A stretch of 64,000 nt of DNA from Candidatus Woesearchaeota archaeon (GTDB taxonomy: Archaea; Nanobdellota; Nanobdellia; Pacearchaeales; GW2011-AR1), in assembly GCA_964514585.1 (NCBI GenBank), contig CAZETU010000001.1:50523-114522 (forward strand), read 5' to 3'. The position numbers were made by a program, and so were the translations under genes. This document shows positions 57,480 to 64,000 of this stretch, piece by piece; the stretch's first letter is position 1, and each line of letters starts with the position of its first letter. Below the pieces are notes generated by a model that had not been told where the DNA came from, did not search any database, and was given only the letters and a program-made list of their open reading frames with translations.

Positions 57480-59200
57480 CCTTACCTCCCGCTTCACAAT
57501 CCTCTGATAAATCTTATCCTGAAACTTCTTCGGCAACTTCTTGTAAATATCATTTATCTTCGCGTGCAACCTAACCGCGTCCTCTTTTCTGAATTCATCC
57601 TTCGCCTTCTCATACTCCTTAACCAAATTCATAACATCCCTCTTATTTATCACCAACCGCACCCGACCAATCTCCTTATAAAAATACGGCTTACACTTCT
57701 CAGGCAAAACCTTGTAAATCTCACCCATCTTATGATAATTATCCCGCGCCGCCTCAACATTATTCTCCCGAACAAACATCTTACTCTGACTAATCAAATC
57801 CAAAATCCGAACAACATTAGGCTCCTTCTTCCAAGTCTCCATCTTCACCTTCCCAAAAATAAAAAACCCGACATACCCCAAGAATAAAAATCCAACCAAA
57901 AAGAAAAACGAGAAGAAACTAAGCCCCTCGCCAACCCCAATAAAAAACCCAGTCATCATATTACCATCTCCACCTTCATCCTTAAATAAAATACTTTCGG
58001 TCGCCTCAATATTCGTCAATTTAAAATCATCCTCAAAATAATAAACAATATTATCCCCATCCAAGTCCCCAGTATTCAACTCCCAAATCCCCTCGCCAAG
58101 ATCCTCACCTTCAGAAACAAAAACAACATCCCCAGAAATACCCTCAGGAATCACCTCCAAAATAATCCCATCAAAATTCAAATCATCAAAGTCCATATTC
58201 TTACTAACCAAAACAATATCCTTAGTACTATCCAAATATTCAATACTCAACTTCAAAGCCTCGACATTCATCCTCAAATTATTCTGCAACTCCTCATTAA
58301 AATCAACCAACCCATAAAGCGCGCTCTTCTTAATACTAAGCCCCTTAGCCGCCATATAATCCGAAATCACTTCCTCAAGCGAAACACCAAGGCTACTCTT
58401 CGAATACTCATAACTGTCCTCAACACTAATCCCCAAAACAATATCATCCTTCATCACATCAATCTCATCATAAATCTCCCCAATCCTAACAGTCCTCTTT
58501 CCCTCCTCCATAAACTTCAAATTAAACTTCAAATCCTGATCCATCTGCACCAACTGCTTCTTATAAAAATTCATATTCTCGCCCAACCCAAGAATCTCCA
58601 AAGCCCGTTGTTCATCGGCTCCCAAATTATCCATATCTTCCAAAAAATCATTAATACCATCAATCAAATCCTGCACCAAATCTTCCTTATCATAACTATC
58701 GGGCTTATCAGTAGCCCTCAACACAACATTTTCCTCTCCATCAGTCTCAACCTCAAACCCATTAAAATCCTCACCTTCATTCCCAGCCGCATCATAACAA
58801 TTAACCTGCCAAATATAATAACCATCATCAAAGTCAACCAAAAGAAGATTCTCTTCCCCATTATTATTAAGATTATCCTCAAAAGCCAAATTCTTATTAG
58901 AACTACCAAGAGGGAAAAGCAACTCCTTTTGAGCATAAGACCCACCAGAACTCTTGGTCGCATTATACAACTCAAAACTACAATTCACAACATCAACATC
59001 ATCATCAAACTCATACTCAAACTCAATAGTCGAATTATCAACAACCTCATCCCAAGCAGGATAAATCAAATCAACATCAGGACTCTCATCGTCACCATCA
59101 TCATCCACAACAGTCAGTTTACCAAAATAAATATCAGAATAAGGTTTACTATTGATCATAATGCCCCTTAACCACACATCATGAGTTCCCTCATTAAATA
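57477..59200 (-). pseudogene. Large surface/membrane protein, apparently N-terminally truncated
   Basis: Ig-like and coiled-coil regions plus TM; no signal peptide, and its 5' end runs into antisense sequence of the opposite-strand fragment at about 59200. Confidence 0.55.
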
Positions 59201-59551
59201 TCAGACGATAATGATGGGGTTGATGAAACATTTACACTAGATGGTTCTCATGAAGCAGGTGAAAGTTACGTCCACGATATGTTTTATACAAACAACTTAC
59301 AATTTACAACAGGTGAGTGCTTAAGTACGACAATTTTCGATAGCACAGGAAGCGCTGGAGAAGACAATTTCGAAGAAGTTCTTTTATATGAGCCAGTAAG
59401 TGAATCGGTAATATTTGCAGCAATACTAGATGAGGCAGATACTTCAGGTTTCGATAGCAGGTTTCACGATTTCGAGATGCTTGTTTTAGAAGACGGTCAC
59501 GGAACAAATATAGCAACTACTACCTACTACTTTTACGTAGAGCTAGAGTAA
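59198..59551 (+). pseudogene. 3' fragment of a paralogue of 59577..60341
   Basis: Frame open from 59198 (ISDDNDGVDETF...) to FEEVLLYE...FAAIL...DFEMLV...TYYFYVELE; no N-terminus. Confidence 0.7.
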
Positions 59552-59576
59552 TTTTATTTTTTTATTTTTTTATTTT

Positions 59577-60341
59577 TTGAAAGAGAAAGCACAAAAAAAG
59601 ATGGAAACAAAAAACCAAAACCAAAAACTAGAAGAAAGACTAATAGTCTTTACATTACTTCTTCTATGTCTAACATTATCTTCTATCTTTGTTATGGCAA
59701 CACCAACAGGACCATCATCCATTAATATTACAGCCAACGAAACTGGAACAACGACTGCTGCCGAAATGGTTAATATTTCCGGAGGATATATCTCAACGAT
59801 AAACATTACCGCATCAACGCAAAATCCTCATTGGAAAGCCTTTGTTGGTTGGATCGATGGAAAATTTACTTTAGATGATTCAAGCGGATCAACCATTTAC
59901 GATTGGACTTTAAGTACTGTAAGTGGCGAGGTTTATGCAACAAGAGAATCAACCGCAGTTGAATGGACTACGGTCAATTGTGCAAACGAAACTCACATAA
60001 CAACAGAAGATACAGCACTTGAGCATACAGGAGAAGATGATATCAATGCAACATTCTCAGGAAACAACAGTAATACTTTTGTAGTCGCAGGAACAACGAT
60101 AGCAGCCCAAAATTGTTCCGCAATTAATACATATGTAGACAATGAATCACAAACGTCAACATTTGAAGAAGCAATATTATATGATTCTACAGGCTCAGAT
60201 TTAATTTTCGCAACAATTTTAGAAGAAGATGAAGACGGATTCGATGAAAATGATTATGATTTTCAAATGATTGTTCCAGAAAACGGAAATGAAACATTTA
60301 CTGGGGCAACAGCATATTACCTATATGTAGAATTAAGCTAA
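59577..60341 (+). CDS. Secreted sequon-rich surface protein
   Basis: Signal peptide; FEEAILYD...DFQMIVPE...AYYLYVELS; start possibly 59601. Confidence 0.8.
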   Translation: MKEKAQKKMETKNQNQKLEERLIVFTLLLLCLTLSSIFVMATPTGPSSINITANETGTTTAAEMVNISGGYISTINITASTQNPHWKAFVGWIDGKFTLDDSSGSTIYDWTLSTVSGEVYATRESTAVEWTTVNCANETHITTEDTALEHTGEDDINATFSGNNSNTFVVAGTTIAAQNCSAINTYVDNESQTSTFEEAILYDSTGSDLIFATILEEDEDGFDENDYDFQMIVPENGNETFTGATAYYLYVELS

Positions 60342-60347
60342 TGAAAG

Positions 60348-61337
60348 ATGACAAAAAAAAATGAAGTAGTAATTGGTATTGGATTAATTTTCTTAGAAGT
60401 TTCACTTCTTTTCGCACTATTTTCCTTTATACCATCAAATGTAATCGCAGGAATTGGGAACCCAAATACAACAGTAATTACACTATTAGAGATAGGAAAC
60501 GTTTATCCCGATGTTATATATGTAGATATTGACGGCGGAGCAGCCTCCGTAACATTAACTCCAAATGACACAACAACCGTCACTTGCACAGGGGTCGTAA
60601 GAGACTATAATGGAGACGCAGATGTAACGTCGGCCAATGCAACATTATATGGGTTAACAAGTTCATCTTTCGGCGATTCAAATGATAATAATTATCATTA
60701 TCAAAACACATCATGCGAACTAATAGCAGATACAGGGGATTATGCAGGATTTACAGACGATCCTTACCACTCTCTAGCCAATTGTACATTTGAAGTGGAA
60801 TACTACGCAAACCCAGAAACATGGGTGTGTAATATAACAGCCAATGATACAATGTATTGGACAGATACTAACGAAAGCACAATAATAATTTCCCAATTAT
60901 TAGCACTAGGTTTACCAGATACAATAAACTATGGAAGAGTAAACGCAACATTTGTATCGAATGAGAATGTCACAAATATCACAAATTATGGAAATGTAGA
61001 AATCAATATATCTTTAGAAGGTTATGGCGTAACCCAAGGAGACGGTCTCGCAATGAATTGCACTTTGGGAAATATTGGGACAATAGATATTATGTACGAA
61101 AAATACAATTTATCAACAACAACAGCAGGAGACATATCTCTTTCAGTATTTGAATCAACTTATACAAATTTATCAACAACTCCAGAAATAAAAGAATTTA
61201 ACTTAAACTACAGAACAAACGATACGGTAAACAAAGCGATAAACGCATCATACTGGAGAATTTATGTTCCAATAGGCGTCGCAGGAACATGTAACGGTTC
61301 GATTATATTCGGCGCAACAACAGCAGCCGGAAGTTAG
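60348..61337 (+). CDS. Secreted sequon-rich surface protein
   Basis: Signal peptide, many NxS/T sequons, paired Cys. Confidence 0.8.
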   Translation: MTKKNEVVIGIGLIFLEVSLLFALFSFIPSNVIAGIGNPNTTVITLLEIGNVYPDVIYVDIDGGAASVTLTPNDTTTVTCTGVVRDYNGDADVTSANATLYGLTSSSFGDSNDNNYHYQNTSCELIADTGDYAGFTDDPYHSLANCTFEVEYYANPETWVCNITANDTMYWTDTNESTIIISQLLALGLPDTINYGRVNATFVSNENVTNITNYGNVEINISLEGYGVTQGDGLAMNCTLGNIGTIDIMYEKYNLSTTTAGDISLSVFESTYTNLSTTPEIKEFNLNYRTNDTVNKAINASYWRIYVPIGVAGTCNGSIIFGATTAAGS

Positions 61338-61349
61338 TATTATTTAAAA

Positions 61350-62267
61350 TTATTTTTTAAAATGCATTCTTTTAGATAATGTGCCCTTGTCTCCAAACAC
61401 ATTATAAATTTTAGTTAATTCAGTACTATGGGCTATTGTCGCAGCTTCTCCTTCTAATGGAGACAACCCCCTTGGGGAGCATGTAGCTCTTAAGTCAATC
61501 ATTTCACGATTATAAACCGCCTTAGCCACATCTCGCTCCTTTCCTCTTAGGTAGTTAGCAAATCTTCTTCTAAGTCTGATTGGCATAGAAGTTCTATTCC
61601 GATAATCACCATCTGCAAAATAAGTATTATCACAAAAACCCATAACATGTACATGATCAACCGGCGAAAATTCTCCCCCATCTCTTCCAAAATGCAACTT
61701 AAATAAAACTTCCCTCCCCCTCCATCTAATTGAACATAACTTAGAGTGATTCTTCTCATTTATAACATATGCATCATTCAGTCGATCAGAATTCCACCTA
61801 TGCCATAATCTATAATGAGGACATCCTGTGGTATCTCCCATCGGGAAAGGTCCCCTGCACACAATTTTGTCCTCCATACCATTATCTCCACTAAGGGCAC
61901 AAGCCCCAAGTATTTCATGCGGATCTTCTACATTAGGAGAAACATAAGACAGCCTAATATATTCACAGGTAAGAGGATATTCTAAACCATTATCATTTAC
62001 ACCCCTATCTAAATCCCCCCTCGGCCTTGAAGCCTGTTTTCGTATATGCTCATAAAGAAGTCGTTCACCAAGCGGCTTCCCCTTCATTCTTATTTGATGA
62101 GGAGAATTATTATCTGCATTCATCATAAGTAAACCAAACAAATCCAGTCTTCTTCTTCTGTTCTCATCACGAATTTTCTTCTTTCTCGCACGCGTTGCAC
62201 GTTTTCTAAAATTAGGCCCACCTCTTCGTTTTTTAAGATTGGATCCACCTCTCATCTCCAAAAACAT
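61350..62267 (-). CDS. Hypothetical protein with Arg/Lys-rich N-terminus
   Basis: 305-aa ORF, no recognised motif. Confidence 0.6.
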   Translation of the reverse strand: MFLEMRGGSNLKKRRGGPNFRKRATRARKKKIRDENRRRRLDLFGLLMMNADNNSPHQIRMKGKPLGERLLYEHIRKQASRPRGDLDRGVNDNGLEYPLTCEYIRLSYVSPNVEDPHEILGACALSGDNGMEDKIVCRGPFPMGDTTGCPHYRLWHRWNSDRLNDAYVINEKNHSKLCSIRWRGREVLFKLHFGRDGGEFSPVDHVHVMGFCDNTYFADGDYRNRTSMPIRLRRRFANYLRGKERDVAKAVYNREMIDLRATCSPRGLSPLEGEAATIAHSTELTKIYNVFGDKGTLSKRMHFKK

Positions 62268-62314
62268 CCAAATCTCTATTTAAGTATTTATATCCCAAAA
62301 AGCATAATATTATC

Positions 62315-62752
62315 CTAGATACTTCCTTGCTCTTTCAAAAACTTATAAATCTCCAATCCCTCTTTCCCTCGAATCTCAATAACAAACTCTTTCTCGCCAG
62401 CCTCGCAAGAATCCAATTCCTCAAGCTCACGAGTCTCCTGATTAATCCCCCTAATCCTCTTAACATGACAAGTCGCCTCACAATAAACCGACTCATCCAA
62501 AATATCCTCAAAAGTTTCCCTCACAAAAACAGGCACACTCTCCATCTCAATCAAATTATTAGCATGCAGCAAATCCCTACACTCCTGCGTCGACTCACAC
62601 GGAATAAAAGCATCTTCACCCTCGCCAACACAAACTCTAATCGTCTTAAAAACATAAAAATTATAAAAATAAATCGCAGCACCGACGGCCAAAATTACCA
62701 AAACTAAAAGTACAATCCCAATAATCAACAACACGCCACCTTTTTTATTCAT
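62315..62752 (-). CDS. Possible class III signal protein
   Basis: MNKKG|GVLLIIGIVLLVLVIL; Cys-rich soluble part. Confidence 0.6.
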   Translation of the reverse strand: MNKKGGVLLIIGIVLLVLVILAVGAAIYFYNFYVFKTIRVCVGEGEDAFIPCESTQECRDLLHANNLIEMESVPVFVRETFEDILDESVYCEATCHVKRIRGINQETRELEELDSCEAGEKEFVIEIRGKEGLEIYKFLKEQGSI

Positions 62753-62790
62753 ATAACCAAAAACAATCAAGCCTTTTTAATTTTTACCTA

Positions 62791-63057
62791 TCATCTAAAA
62801 GAAATTCTCACATTCGCGTAAGGATTAACCCTTACATCTTCTCCGTTTCTCTTTGTAGTCTCATGCACTCCTCTCAAATAAGCCCTGCAATTTTTCTCCC
62901 AGTCCCTTCTCGGCAATCCTGAAACTATTGCCCCAAGACCATGCTCATATAATCTAACAGTCAAGTCTATTATATCTAACTCTTGACCCTTCACCCTTTT
63001 GCCTTTTCTCCATCTATGAATTCGAGTAACATAATTTTTTTTAGCCATCGAATACAC
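62791..63057 (-). CDS. Small basic hypothetical protein
   Basis: 88-aa ORF. Confidence 0.45.
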   Translation of the reverse strand: MYSMAKKNYVTRIHRWRKGKRVKGQELDIIDLTVRLYEHGLGAIVSGLPRRDWEKNCRAYLRGVHETTKRNGEDVRVNPYANVRISFR

Positions 63058-63170
63058 AAGTCAATTCTTTTTTTAAGTTAGTATATACTAGAACATATCT
63101 TTCCCACCACAACCATCTGTTATCACTCAAAATCAACTAATTTTATAAGCCACACCTCCCTCTAATTATT

Positions 63171-63704
63171 ATGGTCTGTAAAAAATGCGGCTACCAAGAA
63201 AAAAAAGAAGTAAAATTTTTCGGAAGTCCTCTTTGTAAAATCTGCGCAACGTTCGCCCCAGATAAAATTCAAGATTTTCAAAACTACATCTCAGAAAAAA
63301 TAGATTGGAAAACTCTAGACACATTCAGAAAATATGGCAAAACTTCAACAATAAAACAAAAATCAGGAATGACTAAAAAAGCAACCACGGGAGAAATCGT
63401 AACCCGTCCCCCATTAGGATACACCGTCCACGACGGAAAACTCATCCAAAACGAAGACGCCGCAAGAGTCCACTCCCTCTTCAAAACTTTTTTAGCAAGA
63501 AACTACTCACTGAATTCCCTATCCAAAAATTTCTCACTTTCTGTCAACGGTCTAAAAAAAGTCTTAACAAACAGAACATACCTAGGCGAAATAAAATTCG
63601 ACGGCCAAATCCACAAAGGTCACCACCAAGCCCTAATCTCTCCAGAAATATTCTACGCAACACAAAGAAAATTGAAAGATTATTTGAGACCAAGAAAAAA
63701 ATAA
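63171..63704 (+). CDS. Zn finger + serine-recombinase DNA-binding (Recombinase) domain, no catalytic domain
   Basis: CKKC...CKIC; PPLGY...LTNRTYLG...HQALISPEIF. Confidence 0.7.
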   Translation: MVCKKCGYQEKKEVKFFGSPLCKICATFAPDKIQDFQNYISEKIDWKTLDTFRKYGKTSTIKQKSGMTKKATTGEIVTRPPLGYTVHDGKLIQNEDAARVHSLFKTFLARNYSLNSLSKNFSLSVNGLKKVLTNRTYLGEIKFDGQIHKGHHQALISPEIFYATQRKLKDYLRPRKK

Positions 63705-64000
63705 TTAACGGAAACTAGTCTGTCTCATTGCCCGAGCCTTAGAATCCCCAGGCTTACAAGCTTCCTTCCTTCGAGTATCAGCAATCAACAAATTCCTATC
63801 ATATGCCAAGAAAGCAGCCCTTAAATTATCATCCTTAGTAAACTTAACAATAGCTTTAGCAATCGCCAAACGACCAGCCTCAACCTGAGAAGCAATCCCG
63901 CCGCCCTTAACATTCAAAGCAATATCAAATTTCAACTCACCTAAAACATCCTTAGCAATAACCAACGGCTCACTAATTTCCAACTGCTGCAAATTCGACA
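63705..64000 (-). CDS. rps9: 30S ribosomal protein S9 (5' end outside the window)
   Basis: NVKGGG...Q.EA.RLAIAKA...YDRNLLIADTRRKE.CKPG.SKARA.RQ.SFR. Confidence 0.95.
   Translation of the reverse strand, partial: SNLQQLEISEPLVIAKDVLGELKFDIALNVKGGGIASQVEAGRLAIAKAIVKFTKDDNLRAAFLAYDRNLLIADTRRKEACKPGDSKARAMRQTSFR

Noticed and set aside
31721-59200. The two junctions as reciprocal ends of one inversion
   Set aside because: Re-joining them in the inverted configuration does not restore either gene; the AlbA_2 frame would stop within three codons.

Overview
Gene-dense window from a small-genome archaeon, most likely DPANN (Pacearchaeota/Woesearchaeota-like; inferred from gene content). Left part: RPA, Zn-ribbon/EF-1beta, a large type IV pilus locus (prepilin peptidase, about 11 class-III-signal proteins including two unlisted micro-ORFs, platform protein, ATPase), split Hef, M16 peptidase, an ArmA/Rmt(FmrO)-like methyltransferase, Dph6, a DRG-like GTPase, TctA and a frameshifted purF-like gene. 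Centre: an intact bacterial-type DNA polymerase III alpha (dnaE) about 1 kb from an archaeal oriC-cdc6-DP1-DP2 block, then tRNA-Ser(CGA). Right part: convergent winged-helix genes with inverted motif arrays, a cluster of dif/XerC-arm-like sites with small accessory ORFs and an HNH gene next to a Xer recombinase, surface-protein genes, a catalytic-domain-less serine-recombinase homologue and partial rps9. Main unexplained signals: (1) a ~160-nt five-hairpin element present twice (10261-10419, 57319-57479) with clear base-pair covariation, each copy abutting a stop codon, plus two possibly related structured segments, one an in-frame insertion in dnaE; (2) DnaE beside PolD/oriC; (3) no C/G-skew switch at the ORB-flanked origin, with dif-like sites and xer only 6-8 kb away. 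Two gene-breaking junctions (about 31.7 kb and 59.2 kb) may be misassemblies. All family assignments come from motif recognition by eye; no database searches were run.
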